Shown here in pieces: positions 47,912 through 63,035 of a stretch of 64,000 nt of DNA. Location: the NCBI RefSeq assembly GCF_963676685.1, contig NC_092346.1, positions 44,702,001 to 44,766,000 on the forward strand. Direction: 5' to 3'. Positions within the stretch are counted from its first letter, which is position 1; the number at the start of each line of letters is the position of its first letter. The notes under the pieces are model-generated. The model worked only from the letters and a program-made list of their open reading frames with translations. It ran no database searches and was not told where the DNA came from. The stretch comes from Mytilus edulis (taxonomy: Eukaryota). Position numbers and translations under genes: made by a program.

Positions 47912-49058
47912 GGGAGCGTCTTTTTACCACAGAACACCACAGAATATTAAAAATATACCACAGAACACTTAAAATATGCCACAGAACTCCTAAATAGTAA
48001 CAATTCAGACATTATGGTTGTTGATATTTCTAATTATGTCTATAATATGATTTTAATTATTCAAATAAATTAAAATTTTCAATCTAGTGTCGACTCATTG
48101 TCATTACACCCCCAATTGACTTGGCCTTAGATTGGATCCAGACTAAAAATTAATGTAAGACCAATCATCGAGAAAACCACATAGAGTTCTACCAAATATA
48201 ATGTTTTAGATAACCTATAAATTATAGTTTACATGTATTTGTTTTTAATTGTTGAAAATTGAAGGTCGAAGACTGATTTCCGTGTGTGTGTGTGTGTGTA
48301 TCTTCCTCAAATTTCAACCTCATTAGTGGGTTGTGTTTGTTTAATTACTCTTAATAATGACCATAACATAGACTTTTGTTTTATTAGCATTATTCAAAAC
48401 AAAAATGAATTATAAAATTATATAAGTATGTAAAAAAAAGACCCATTCAAAGATATTGCATGATAATTGATTAAAATCGTGCTAAAGGAACTTTATGCAT
48501 TTCAAATAAAATTTAAATATATTCATAATAAGTAATCCGTCAAAGTCATCGATCTATTTCCGTCGGTTAGATTTTGATATTTGTCTCGTCTTATTATTGG
48601 TATAACTATTTTATATAAGAAGAAAATGAATAAAATATATACGAGGTGTTGATGACGGTGGTCTGCGGAGTTGTTATGTTATAGACTTTCCTTTTCTGTT
48701 CGGCGTGTTCAATGTAGACATATTTGATAATTCAAACTTTAAATTTAATATGATGTGTTGCATTAAGAACTGAAATAATATATTAAGGTCACAATTAATA
48801 CGATAAAAAAAATTATTAAAAACAAATTGCACTGATCAATATGCGGTTTGCGATCGGTGATGACATTTAGATTTACCGGCTTATTGATATTAGTTCATGC
48901 ATTTTGTTAAGTTTTTTTAATGTTATATTGAATATTTAAGTTATTTTGTTATTTGTTTTTATGTTCTGTGGTATATTTTGAGTGTTCTGTGGTATATTTT
49001 TAGTGTTCTGTGGTGTTCTGTGGTATTCTGCGGTGTTCTGTGGTAAAAAGACGCACCG
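47912..49058. mobile_element. MITE with ACCACAGAACA subterminal repeats
   Basis: TIRs GGGAGCGTCTTTTTACCACAGAACACC / GGTGTTCTGTGGTAAAAAGACGCACCG; TSD AAGGATAT(G) of 8-9 bp. Confidence 0.85.
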
Positions 49059-49562
49059 AAGGATATGGTGTATTCATCCAAAACACAAAATCAGATCATG
49101 CACAGCAAAAAAAAATAACCAAAAATAGCAAAGGAACAGTCCTTTTACTGCTGTTCTTCGTCTCAGCCACAGTGAGGCCTTCATGTTTTACCTAGAAACT
49201 GCAAAGATCAGAACAATTTTAGCCAGCTTTGGATACACAACATACAGGCAGATCTTAACATTACCATTGGACTTAATGTTGGTTATTACATCACATCAAC
49301 TAGAAACTTACAAACCATAAAAATGTTCACAGCTTCACTTGATAATAATATCGCCAGGATATTTATGAAGGTTAACATTCACAGTAAACAGTTATGGTAA
49401 CATTTACAAAATTCATTTGTTTACAGTATTCGATTAATATGTCATTTCAATCATTGTTTTTATCTCATTGTCTTCACATCAATGAAGTCTCTTGGAATGT
49501 AAGTTTACATAAAATAATGTTTATTGCACAAAATATCACAGTCAATATCACATTTCATGCCA

Positions 49563-52500
49563 TCAATTCTTCCATTTTATACTCTGTAAATAAAAAGAAA
49601 AAGAAATCATTTTGAAATCTGATATCTGTTGACAAGAAAGTTTCAATTGCTGTCCTATAAAACTGTACATCTTTATTGTTATAAGTTTTTAACTGATTTC
49701 AATCCTTTAATGTAGATAACAAAAGTTGTACCGGTACACCTGGTTTTGTTCAAGATTTATCTTCTCAACTAGATGTCTTTTTGTTATTTTTGCAGTGTTT
49801 TCATTACTGTCTAAATGATATTCACCTCAAAGTTTTTATCTATACTTCCAAGTCAAGTTATACAGCATCATATTGTAGCATAGCAACATAATAGGTTAGG
49901 GTTTCAAAAGAAGTAATCTAGCAAAGTATGTTAAAACAATTAAGTCTTAAAACTTGTTGTTAAACTAGGGTTAACTCTATTAATATTTGCCATCACAGTT
50001 TGTTATACCTTGGTATGGCCTTAGGGAAACGAAACAAACTGTACATTGACAGAGAATAAGGAATCCAACTTCTGAAAATTTAGTACATATTGAAACTATG
50101 AGCCTGTGTTACATAATAAGATTTTTTTTTGTTAAAGGTGTTCCATCATGTCAAATGACAGAGGCAGATTTAAGAGGGAGGGAGACCCTCTTTTGTAGCT
50201 ACATGTATGGTTAATTAATCTATAGACTTTTTACAAAACCCACTCCTAACATTACTTTGGTGGGCCCCCTCTGAAACTGTAAAAAGCACAAGTATGAAAA
50301 AAATAGAAATTCAAAACATAACATTTTGTAGCAGTTAATTGGTGTCTTACAACAACTTACAGAATTATTAAGAGCTGCAGCAGCACTTCTTGCCTCTATT
50401 GTGCCTGGCTGTAATTTTCTACCATAAAACTCTAATTGTGATCGATCTTTCATGGATGCTAGTGTCTAAAATAGAATATTATTGTCAGTAGGGGTAGTTT
50501 TTGAAGGGTAATTGAATAATGGATTTGTTTTTCTACTTCTAATTGTAACCATTACATGATGTTATGGAGACATGATATTTTAATACTTTTTTTTTTTGTT
50601 ACAATGGCTCTCCATACTTTGAGATGGCAAATGAATGTGACATATTTCGAAATTGATATGTTTCCTCATCCCAAAATTGTAATGTTTCTCAGGTTTAAGG
50701 TAGATAAGGTGTCTTTCTAGTGCCATCCCTAGTGGTCATATTTTGCAAAATCAAAAGAATTGAGTGCCGCTTAGTGTATTTAAATTTTTAAGAAAATATT
50801 TTTTTAAATCAAGGGCAGATAATTTTATTGAATTTGATAGGACAATTTGTGTTTTTTCTATTTCTATAAAATATAAGGATTGTGACCACTTATTTCTATT
50901 TAATATTTCAGAAGTAATGATTGTAGGTATTTCTCTCATTGAATATTAACCAATGCTATCATTCAATGTTTCCTCAATAGATTAAAATTATGTTTTACCT
51001 ATAAAAGTAGCTGTGATTTTAATTTCTTTGTATTTTGACAAAAAAGGTCCCTGACTAAAGTTATTGTATTGAAATTTGTAAGTACATTGTCCAAGACATC
51101 TTTTACATAAGTTTAAAAAGATCAATTGTCATGCGTTTATACACCCCAGCAGCTAAAGGTGCATTTTGAGCAAAAATTCAAACTTTTAAATCTAAATTGG
51201 TTAAAAGTTATTTCTCTGATTTGGTGGGCTTCCCTTCTGTGATTGGCACAGACAGTTCAGAGGCCTAAATATTACAAACATAACTACTGGTCATTTTCAT
51301 TATTAAAATATGTAACAGAAAGAACAAAATTCCTTCTTTTAATGGTACTCTTTAGCTGGAGTCGTCATCTATCTTATAATCTTGTAAATTCATCCCATTA
51401 AAGATAAATTATTAATTGTTTGTTAAAAGTTACTTACCTCAATAACGACATTATGACATTTAAATTTTTTAGCCAGTTCTAATCTTTTCTCTGTATTATC
51501 AATCAACTTCAAATATTTTGTAAGAACCTGTAAGAAGGAATGACTAGATGTTACATTATGCAAAGTCTTATCATTCGGTAATCTACCAGTGCATTATACA
51601 GGCATTGGGAGTATCTACTAATGGATTTGAAACCCAGTAAATTACATCAACCCTTCCGCAACAAAACTTAATTCTTTTGAATTGTAAATGAAATGAATAC
51701 TGAAACTCTATGGCATGAATGTACTATTTAAAGACCATTATAATGTTTAGCAATCCAAATTAGCTCATTCATCACATTATTAATTAACTTCACAAATAAT
51801 CTTTCAGACAAAATTCAGATGCCCTTTCCTTTTTACATAACTTCTTAACTGCTGCGGTGGACTAATAAGTAATAATAGTTCAGTACTTTACCTCTAATGG
51901 AGGATTACACTGGTTGAGTATCTGACACACACGATCAAATCCAATCACAGCTCTCGCTTTAGTACCACCAAACCAACCCTATAACAATCATGATATAATA
52001 AACAAACCTTGAAATAACAGTAGTTCATCAAGAAGAAAACTTTATTTAGTATTACCTTTAATAATTATATATATTAGTTCTGAATAGTTCCTCCTTTTAA
52101 TTCTTACAGCACCATCTTAATAAAGTTTGAATTTTAAGTAAACGGGAAAAAAACTGGATATTTCAATAGTTTAACTTACCTAATATAAATAGATAGAAAC
52201 AAAGCAATCTGAAGACTATAAATAACATAAATTGCATGGGTAAATGTTGCTTGCATACTCCTTAAACTGATCTTATATCAAAGTACTCATATGACAATAT
52301 TGTACACCCTTTCACTAACCTCATAGTCGTGAAATATGATCTATTATTACCTCTTTACTATGGTAACAGTTCAATTATTATTAAGAGCATACCAAATGGT
52401 AAACTTTCATGGTAATCTGTTTATAGATTTATGTTTTAAGATGATTTACCTTTGTTGTAAGTAATTCGTCTACACCATTCCATTGTTTTAACCTAGCTCT

Positions 52501-55500
52501 GGCAGATAAAGCTGTCCATACAAACTGTTTATCTGTCAACTGAAATAACAATACTTGGTATGAATTTTCATTAAAGAAATGTGACCAATTAGTAATGAAT
52601 GATTAAAGTAAAATGTCGAAATTAAATGTATAGGAAAGATAAAGATGAGACATATAACTTGTACATCAATGAGACAGCTAGCGATTAGTTATATATGGGG
52701 TTCATATATCATAATGAACATATTTTCAATTTTTTTTAAAACTTTAAAATTTTAAGTAATATACAAATAAGAAATCTGATTTACCTGGTGTTGTTTTCTA
52801 ATTGCTTCTGGACATGCCAAATGATTCTGAAAGACACAAAATATTTGTTTTCATCTAGCAAAAACTACAAACAATTTCTTTGAAGAAAACTGACTTTCAA
52901 CACCTTACTTGCACTCATTTCAGGAAACATATGATCTTTTATACATATTCAAAATTACTCAAATAGTTCATAGTCATTAATTTTTGAGGTTTGTGAAAAA
53001 CCTTTTTTGGTTGGGGCTTCAAATTCATAGTTTTTAAGATATACTCATCTGGAATCAACTGAAATGTGTACTCCTTGAACAATAAAATTTTTCACAACAG
53101 GTATGGTTGGTTTCTTGTTCTCACATTTTAATAATGGTAAATTTTCTATTACTTCTACATGGTTTATTTTTTTGCAAAGGTTATATTTCCAGATTTAAGG
53201 AGTGAAGTTTAAATTGCATGTTTCTTAAAAATTTATCCAAGTTCTGATCTATCTACTATATCAAAGACATGAGGGAATATCTTTTGTCATTCTATTCGAA
53301 ATGCAAAATAAGCCAAAATTAACTGCTTTCATTTTTTTTTTATTATCTATTCAAGTTTCAAATGTACATTTGTACTATCATTATAACAAAACAAATTATT
53401 TTGCCTTTCATTTACCTCCCCTTCTGTGGAATGATAAAAACAACAATAGTAAAGAGTGGTAACAGCTGACATGTTCAGTATAGAAGCTTTACGTGGATAC
53501 TGCTTAAACATCATTACTGTTCCACTTAATTCAGCTTTCTTATCGGAATCCTGAAATGTAAAACATAAACAAGATATACTGTGAGAAAAGAAAAAGAGAC
53601 TATGTACACCAGGATTCACATCAATATGATCTTATATGAATTTAAGTGACTGGAAGAAATGATATATATTCTGCACTTCTGATGGAGGATGTACTTTTTA
53701 CCTAAATGACAAGGAAAACCAAAGTTTTTCAAGGCTATTTTTCAGAATCTATTTTTAATTTTTTAACACAGCAGAAGTATAATCTAGGTAAAACAGTTTT
53801 GATGACCTGCTGTGACAATGTGTCACCCATGCTACCACATAAAAGGCAATTTGCTTTTTTCAGAATCTAAAGGTAATCTTTCATTGTTTGTACACCAAAA
53901 TGAAAATAACGTTACGTCATTGGATGGATTTCCATTGTTAACATGGTTAAGAACGGTTTTTAAAAACCAATCACAAAGTTTTGGTTTACAATTTCGAAAA
54001 TATTACCAAGAATGCATAAGATTCTAAAATGTAGAATTGGGAAAATATATGACAATGTGGAAAGTAACTGCATACTTTAATTTTTTTTTAATATAAACTA
54101 AATTGATCTAAAATATACTGATAAATACAGGATTACATGCATTGAAATGTAGAACTTGATTAATTGATAACAGCTGAATAATCTGAGATAAATATCTCTA
54201 AATTAAATAAAAATCTACATATAACTCAACACTTATTTACCTCTATTGGTCTTTGTCTTTCTAATAATGCTATGTGTTCCTGTAACAATGGTGTTTCAGA
54301 TGATAGCTGTGGATTAGCTGAGAAGTGTGCTCTGAAATTTACATTAATATTTTGCATTAAATTTAGTAGAAGAAACAATTTGAATAACTGAGAAGAAAAG
54401 ATTCAATGAATATCATACATTGATCAATGTATAATATTCATTTAATCTTTTGTTGCCATGAAAGTGAAGCCAAAAGCTCTAGCTACCACTGTAAGATTGA
54501 CGAGAAAAAATATTGATTCTCTAAATAAAAGATGAAATTTTTTAAGCAGCTTAAAAAATCACTTTATAAATGTGAAAAATTTCAGGTGATGGACAATGAA
54601 AATTAAGTGAAGGGCCAACTGACATATACCACTTTGAACATAAGACAATCATGTATAAAAAGAATTATATATCTCGTTTATCTTTGGAAACATTTTCTTT
54701 ATAAACAGTTACTATCACAGTTGCAAAAGAAGCATATGCATTTCATAGCCTAAGCAACATTTGCAGTTGAGACAAGAAGGCACAAATATTGTTCAGGGGC
54801 GTAGCTAGAAAGAAATGATGTGCAAGCAACTACCGCCGAGCGTAGCGAGGCGAAAAATTTTTTGGACCTTTTTATGCAGGAATTATTTTTTTCGGTTTTC
54901 GGTCATAGAACAGTTGAAAGAGGAGCTACATGTAGATAGGACTTATAAACAATTTATGAATGTAAAACTATTCATAAAGCTTCTGAATAGAGTAAATCAT
55001 GGTTAATTGAAAACATAAACTACACATTTTTCTGATACAGAATTTACTCAAAATTGTTCAAAATCGGCTCTTCGGGTCTAGGCAGAAACGAGTTTCTCTA
55101 TTTATTTGTCAATATTCACACTGAAATCCCGATGAATTATAAACCAGTGTACGTCTTCGCCATCGAGCGACCTCCCAATTGAATTCGTCAAAATTACATA
55201 CCAGGTCAGTTTCGTATGTCTCATGCAATGTTGAGATTTGTTCGTTTGTTATATTTCCTAAAAAAACGAGGAAGCGATTTTCTGATAATACCAGACGTAA
55301 CTCCACTCTTCAGTTCCATATCAAACGGACTATAAACGCAAAATATAATGAGACTTTCTAATACTGTTTTGGCGTGTTTGCAGGGTGATTGGCTCTGGTA
55401 GTCCGTCGAACACATCGCCGTGGCATAATTTCAACGATATCGAAGGGTTCTGATAAATCTAATGCCGATTGGTACATCTCATTCCAAACAGATAAACCGT

Positions 55501-58500
55501 ACTCTGTAATATGTGCTCCGAAACTACATGTATAAGACTGAGTATAACAAATTCAAATCTTGTAAAAGATACAAGTTACTGTCCGATTATGTCATGCATG
55601 ATCTCCAATAAAACTTCTATTTTGAAACCAAATGCCGTTATTTAATGACATTTCATCAATTAAAAAAGTGACAACATATGTGTTTCCTTAAAAATTTAAT
55701 TTATAAATTTTTAATTTTGCAATAATTTTTTTTGCCGCACCGATGTGCACGCAACTGCGTGTGAGCGTATATGGAGCTACGTGCCTGTTGTTCCATCTGA
55801 TCTGTGCATTTCTCATTCACCTTCAAGAGGAAACACTCAGAGCTCAAAATAGCTATAAATGTATCTGCTGAGATATTGAAGGAGTTGCATAATATAGGAA
55901 AATATAACTGTGAAAGTAAAGTGATAAGGAAACGGAAATGGCAGCAGTATAGTAATATTGTTAGTTTTGTAAAAATTAAAACATTTTTATGAACAATTAT
56001 CTTAATTATAATAACTTGTGATATGTAGTTGCAAATGACTAAGAAGAAAAACTGTATTCACTCTATTCACTCAATTTTGAAGACACTCTAGCTGTTTCCT
56101 TTTTAAGAAGGAGAAGTTTGCAACCTTGATATTGGGGTTCAAATCTGTTTTATGCCACACCTTATTGTAATATGATTATGATGAATATGAACCCCATTTT
56201 GTACAAGACTAACAAGCTGTACTGTATTTTTAGTGTGCTACCTCACAAGGTAATAGTCCCCAGGAAGTCATGCCATCTTACAAAGATACTGACATCAGTG
56301 TTCTCCCCAGGATTTTTGGATAGCGCTGTGGTAAGCGCGTAATTTTCGACAATTCTCAGTAACTTTATCGTGGCGCGCGGTTTGTTTGTAATTGATTTGT
56401 GATGTGTTTTTATTATATCATGCTGTTGATGTTTCCTCTTGTTATGATGTCCTTGTCATGCTCATGGAAGTTGCAGTGTATCCCTTAATGATGCTTTGTT
56501 TGTTAATTTTATTGTCTGGATATAGAAGTCTGAAGAGTCTTTTTTTCTCCATTGTAAATTCATATATTAAATCCTCATACTATCTATGTATAAAACTGAA
56601 GAAAGAGTCCTTTTCCATGATGGATCTTCACCAGACTGCCTGTGCCAAGATTTCTTAGCACCATCAGGTAATGTTGCAGAACATGTAGGACCAACAATAT
56701 TAAAGTCATTGTCAGCTTCTGTTTGGTTTTGTAACAAACTGTAGCAGTGTACTGTTTACCTTACGACGTTTGACAGGAATTGACATTTTTTAGCATGAAG
56801 ATTTCTCATTTTTATGACCTAAACGTTTTATAATATTTAAATGGCCTCATCCAAGCTGGACATCGAGAAAGTAAAATTTCTCCAGTCGTATCAGCTTGGG
56901 GTTTGTTTTGCTAATCATATCCTCTCAAATTGTTATCAAATGGAAGAATTTCTGACTAAATTATAAGTTCGAATAGGGGATAATTAATATTTAAAAGACT
57001 TGATCATTTTCGGGGTTCGTATGGATAGTAAACCCGGCAAATAATTTGTAACAAACCCCTGTGTTTGATCGTTTTTAAAATCATCGTTTGTTCAAAGTTC
57101 GTAAAACGTTTGTGAGTGACGTCGGGAAATGCGGTCAATTCATTTCATCACATTTCATTCATATATGCCTCTATATTTTCTTTAAATTGAATAAAAATCG
57201 ATGTCAATGTTGAAATCTTTGTTTATTTTGATCTTCCAAAAACACCATTTTGTAAAATTTATTAGACTGGTCCCGCGAAGTTACTTTAATACAACGGAAA
57301 TAATTCATTCAAAAATCGTAAACCAGTCGATCACGCTATCCGCAGTGAAAAATAAGCGGGAAATTTGAAAAAAAATGAAAAATACGGGAAAAAAATATAG
57401 CGACACGGTTGCGTTGGATAGCGCTGCGGTCAGTGCAATAGGACAGCGGGGAATTGCAATAGCGCTGAAAATCGCTGTGCTAAATCGGCCTGGGGAGAAC
57501 ACTGGATCATACATCATTCTGACTTATACTTTTTAAAAAAGTGCGCTTAATAGAAAAGCAGCTAATACCAATTTTAAAGTCTTTGGTCTGACCTGGCTGG
57601 AAGTCAAACTCATAATCGCCAGCATCAAGGCAAGCATACTACTGCTAGCATGAGATTACCTTCTGATTGAAGTAAAAATTCATAACAAAGGTTATTCAAG
57701 TACAAAATGTAGATGGTTAATGAATTTTTAAAAGGGTTAGCAACCTTCAACTAAGTTTGGGACCTAAACTTTCACCCACATATTCAAATTTCTTGCACAA
57801 CAAATCTTCTAGCATCAGTGACAATTAATTATCATTAATTAAATCCAAAGGGTACTAAAGACAATATAGACATTTTCAAAAAATGTCCATGTGTTAAGTC
57901 TGGGGGAAAAAAATTGTGTTTCCACAATTGAATGTTTTCAGTTATAAATCTAGGCCAACAAATAAAAATCTGGAATAAATGACCAAATTTGGAAGAACAT
58001 GCAACTTTCTTCAAAAGCGTCATAAAATTCTTTTGGAAATTGTGTTACTGTGCATGATATTAGGGAAATATGGGTACAATGAATGATTAAAGGATCTTAC
58101 CTAATAATTCTAAGAAAATATAATTTAAGTTATATTTTTCTATTTGCATAAACTTAATAGCTACAAAATTACACTAGAGTGACCAATTGAATTTAAATTT
58201 CTATTTCCAATATATTATGATCATGATTGTTATATTTACTTTACCTTAGTAAGAGACTGTTAAAGTGAGTAGACAGCTGCAAATGGTGATTTGTAAGACC
58301 ATTATCTCAAATAATTTCAATGCATCGAGAATTAAAGAACCTTAGTGAGCACGCTCACATACCCCACGTCCCCACATTGTCATTGGAGAAATTAAATAAG
58401 TATAAGAAAAAGAAATTGTATAAGAAAAAATACTGAATAATAATTTCCTGTCAATATACACATCTACATAGTATGTCCTTATTATCTACAAAATTTCATG

Positions 58501-59228
58501 AAATTCTGTTGTGTGTTTTCAGAGGAGTTGAGATGACAAACTGTTGCAGAAGTACATTGAAGCAAATAAGTTCAAAGGGGCATAACTCCTAAAAAAAATT
58601 GAATCGTAATTTCCTGTTGATATGCACATCTACGTAGTATGTCCTTATTATCTGAAAAGATTTCGTGAAATTCTGTTGTGTGGTTTGAGAGGAGTTGCGA
58701 TGACAAACTGTTGCAGTAGTACATTAAGGTAAATAAGTTCAAAGGGGCGTAACTCCTAGAAAAAAAATTGAATCGCAATTTCCCGTCAATATGCACAACT
58801 ACATGGTATGTCCTTATTATCTGAAAAGGTTTCATGAAATTCTGTTGTGTGGTTTGAGAGGAGTTGCGATGACAAACTGTTGCAGTAGTACATTAAAGTA
58901 AATAAGTTCAAAGGGGCGTAACTCCTAGAAAAAAAATTGAATCGCAATTTCCCGTCGATATGCACAACTACATAGTATGTCCTTATTATCTGAAAAGGTT
59001 TCGTGAAATTCTGTTGTGTGGTTTGAGAGGAGTTGCGATGACAAACTGTTGCAGTAGTACATTAAAGTAAATAAGTTCAAAGGGGCGTAACTCCTAGAAA
59101 AAAAATTGAATCGCAATTTCCCGTCGATATGCACAACTACATAGTATGTCCTTATTATCTGAAAAGGTTTCGTGAAATTCTGTTGTGTGGTTTGAGAGAA
59201 GTTGCGATGACAAGAAACAGGACTGACG

Positions 59229-59264
<36 letters not shown>

Positions 59265-62200
59265 TCGTTGCGTGGGGTATAATTAAGTGTTATCATTTTG
59301 AAAATACATTAGCCTAAAAAATATCATCTTATTCTTTATGAAATAACCTAGTTATGAGTCAAAGAATCAGATTTAGAACAAGGAGATTATTTCACAACAA
59401 ATAATTTCAATTCAATGACTTTTTTTTAAAACTGTTTACTAATGCAAATCAACCACATCTTACTAAATTTAATTTTGTACAATGGGGACTGATTGATCTT
59501 TATCATGTCTCCTTCCAATAAGTCATCTTTTTAATGGAAAACATTTTCTTTTTTTGCACAGTAATGATTTTCCTATTAAGGTGGTGCCTAACACTACAGG
59601 GAGATAACTCTGTAAAGTCAGCTAAACGTTTAAATTACGTTGTGTTGTAAAAGGAATATTAAGCTTCTCAATGATCAAAATTGTTGTTTGTCAAAGTGCT
59701 GTATAACAAGTGTAATTTTGCTAACATAACGGTTGGTTCAAAATTTTTGAAATTTTTATATTTTTGTTAAAGGGTCAAAGTAAATACTTTGACAAAATTT
59801 TATGAAAATTAAACGAGCCAAATTAATTTTAGTGAAAGTGTTGGGTACCACCTTAAATCTAAATAAATTGTAAAATTAATTTTTTGGAGAAAAAATTGCT
59901 ATAATCCTTTTTTATGTTGAATTTTCAAAATTTATAGGTTATTAAAGGTTATAAAAATGAGGGTTAGTTTCTTGGCTATAAGCCTCATTATATCAATGGT
60001 TATAGCCCTGAAATAAATGTAGCTGAGATAAAACCTAGAGTTTGAAAGACCAAAGATCATAGAAAGTAGCCACATTTGTAATTCTTTTTTAAATACAGAT
60101 TTTATAATCAATGACAGAACAAAACTTAAATTCTAGCTATTAGAATATAGAAAAGAAGTAAAATAGTCCCTTGTGCTATAGCAGTTGTATGAAGACGAAC
60201 AATATACCCACTTAAGACACATATCCAAGGACTTCAGTTTAGCACCTGCATCACTTATAGAAACTGCTTGCTTATACTTCAACATCTATTAATTGAAAAG
60301 AAATTACTATTGTTCACATATTTCAATAAAATAAAAAAACAACATATCAATATTTTTCCTCATTTATAAACTAGAACTTATATATTAATATTGTGATGGA
60401 TTGAAATTAAGTCAACAAGTTGCTTTATGTTTTTAGCAGTTCTACAATCACTGAAAGATTATCTCTTTTAAATATTAAAACTATCATGAATTATAGTGTT
60501 CAGATTTTCAGAATGTTACACCTATACTGTATATGCCATTGAAACAAATCTCTATCTTTTAAGGTCAACTTATTTTTTAACACTAAAGGAATATTTTTTT
60601 TTAATAACACTTCCATTTATAATATCTTAACTCTTTAAAACAAATTACTGATGGCTATTGCTTAGTCCTAAAGAAAAGGTGTTCATGATATAGTTTTCTA
60701 GTTAATTTGGCAAATAATAGTGACACAAGATCTTATTTTCTTAAAAAATTGTTGCAAAACAGTACTCATTGACCAATATACAGTTGGGTGTCATATGGGA
60801 ATTCATTGAAAAATTCTCCAAAAATTAAATTATCTAATCATAGGTAAATTATTTTTTTCATCCTAAACATTTAATTTATGACTGGAAATTCAAGAATTTA
60901 AATCCCAATCCTCCAACAAACATTTTTTGACCTTCTTGATTGATTGTTAACTATAAACACTTGATAAACAAGAGTTAAAAATATAATATATCATACATAC
61001 TGCTGCTTCTTCATTTCTCCCTAACATTCTGAAAAAAAAATATTTATATATCTTCCTGAATTGACTCTTAAATTATAATTTGTGGGATACCAATTATTGT
61101 TGCTTTTGTGTGTAAAGGTCAACCATTAAATTTAAAATGTTAGACTAAGTACAAATTTTCTATTGCTTTGTATGGAGAATTTGTCAAAATCTCAATATCA
61201 ATTTATCCCCAAAAATACAAAATACCTTGCTGTCTATTAGACTGAAACAATCTCAGATTCTGCCCTTGTGTTTATAATAGTTGTTTAATGAATATACAAT
61301 TATACTTACCCTAGTAGATCCTCTAATTCTTTCAGGTCAAAATGAGCTTTCATATAACTGATCAAATGATTAGCTGCTACAGGCCTTCTCTGTAACTCTA
61401 GATTAAATATGGAGGGTTTGATTGTTTTCTTTATGAAAAGGATGATCTGAAATGAAAAAATTATTATAGGTTAAAATATTTTATTTTTCTATATTTTGGA
61501 GGACAGATAATAAAAGCTTATTTTAATGCTGTGTTTCATATTTTGTTTTCGTTCATTTTTTTGGGTCTATCTATTAGGCCGTTAGTTTTCTTGTTTGAAT
61601 TGTTTTTCATTTGTGATTTCTGGGCCTTTTATAGCTGACAGTGCTGTATGGGCTTTCATCATTGTTGAATCAGGCTGTACAGATACATATATAGCTGTTA
61701 ATTTCTGTGTCTTTTGTGATATTGTGGAGAGTTGTCTCATTGGCAATCATACCACATCTTTGTTTTTATATTATCATGATGCTAGATACCATTTCATACC
61801 ACTTTAACCACCAAACCAATCCAAGTGGCATACAATTCAATTGAAAGCTAAAATTATTCCAACAAATAACAACTATCCACTTATATGTTATAGGTCATGA
61901 AATGAATAATGTTTGACCTGATTTTGAACACTTTCAATTCTACAGTTGTAGTAGTTAGTTTTATGTTTTTGCGGACTGTTAAATTGAGACATATGTTGGC
62001 ATTAGAAGTATTCCAAGGAATACACTTTTCTTAATTTTAATAAATGACATATTTTTGTTCAAATTAACAACTTTGAAACTAGCAGAAACCTCTGAAATAT
62101 TCAGCATAAGATCAGGAAAGGAATGACCTTAATTCTATTCCATAACAATTAACATTGTATGAGTTTTTTCTGGTAAAAATCGTTTATTTATTTAATTATT

Positions 62201-63035
62201 TATTGTGATTTCTAAATATTTTGATCTGATGCATGTTTATACTCACTGCTGTAATAGCATTCCCATCATGAAGTTTTATAGCTCTATCTAAAAGTGCAAA
62301 TTTGTCGTCCTTTGACTTGTACATCTCTAAACTGTATTGCTGTAATATATAAAACAAAACATTGTGTATATGTGTATTCATAATAACATTCTGATCACTA
62401 AGTTGTAAATAGTATTATATATTAAGTAGATTAGTGATCTTACTCAAAATATTACATATACATGAACTGCCAGAAGAAAAATGTTGTAAAAAAGTCAGGT
62501 TAAATCAAAAAGAATGTGTCAATGGGCAACAGAAAAGCATGCTTGTAGTGCAGAAATGGCAAATTCATCATTTTTCCCCCATTTATTAGAGTACATTAAT
62601 TTAGGACAGTGAAAGTGACGCCATCGAAATTTGCATACTTAGATAACAGAAACCAGGTCATACATACATAGGTAAACCTTAAAATGCCCCCATCACAATC
62701 AGCAGAGGCATACAAATGTTAAACATATATTCATTTTCCTGTCCAAAGTAGGGTATCACATCATTGGTTTATTTTGTTTCAACCAAACATTTTTTTTTCA
62801 TTTTGGAAACTGTTTTTGATGGCAGATTTTCAAGAGAACCTGTTAAATTAAATCAAATGTCATTGAGATTCTGGGAATTAAGAATGATACATTTCGCATG
62901 GACACTTGTGTATTGTTGATGATCATATGATCACCTCTAGAGGTCCTAAAGTTTTTTGCATCATACCTTTCCATTTATAATTCTCTGTACTGTCTCATCA
63001 ACAGGAATCTTACTGCCTCCACTAGCCTTAGCTCT
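49563..63035 (-). CDS. VIPAS39: Spermatogenesis-defective protein 39 homolog (VIPAR, VPS33B partner), 3' 13 exons
   Basis: Exons 63035-62967, 62339-62247, 61446-61310, 61028-61001, 60285-60212, 54331-54241, 53550-53416, 52826-52785, 52539-52450, 51978-51892, 51527-51438, 50465-50361 and 49583-49563. All GT-AG and in phase. Peptides [62 protein letters not shown] and SIKWKN* match remembered VIPAS39 motifs. Confidence 0.93.
54794..55787 (-). mobile_element. Internally deleted hAT element in a VIPAS39 intron
   Basis: TIRs CAGGGGCGTAGCT / AGCTACGTGCCTG; transposase remnants [15 protein letters not shown] and [11 protein letters not shown] on the minus strand. TSD unclear. Confidence 0.7.
56296..57504. 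mobile_element. hAT-like non-autonomous element inserted in a decayed SINE-like sequence
   Basis: Perfect 16-bp TIR CAGTGTTCTCCCCAGG / CCTGGGGAGAACACTG and subterminal TAGCGCTG repeats; no clean TSD. Confidence 0.75.
58335..59283 (+). mobile_element. HINE/pearl-like element carrying a ~168-bp satellite array (~4.6 copies, 58441-59215)
   Basis: TTCAAAGGGG recurs at 58571, 58738, 58907 and 59076, followed by (GACG)n and the hairpin ATACCCTCCGCAAC-TTC-GTTGCGTGGGGTAT. Confidence 0.8.
59580..59852. mobile_element. 273-bp MITE with TTAA target site (Kolobok-like)
   Basis: TTAA|GGTGGTGCCTAACACT ... AGTGTTGGGTACCACC|TTAA. Confidence 0.8.

Noticed and set aside
50021-50071. Alternative last exon of VIPAS39 ([16 protein letters not shown])
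   Set aside because: It has a plausible acceptor, but exon 49583-49563 gives the conserved IKWKN* ending. There is no support without RNA data.
58572-59317. ORFs of 62-123 aa in the satellite array
   Set aside because: They are translations of tandem repeats inside an intron.
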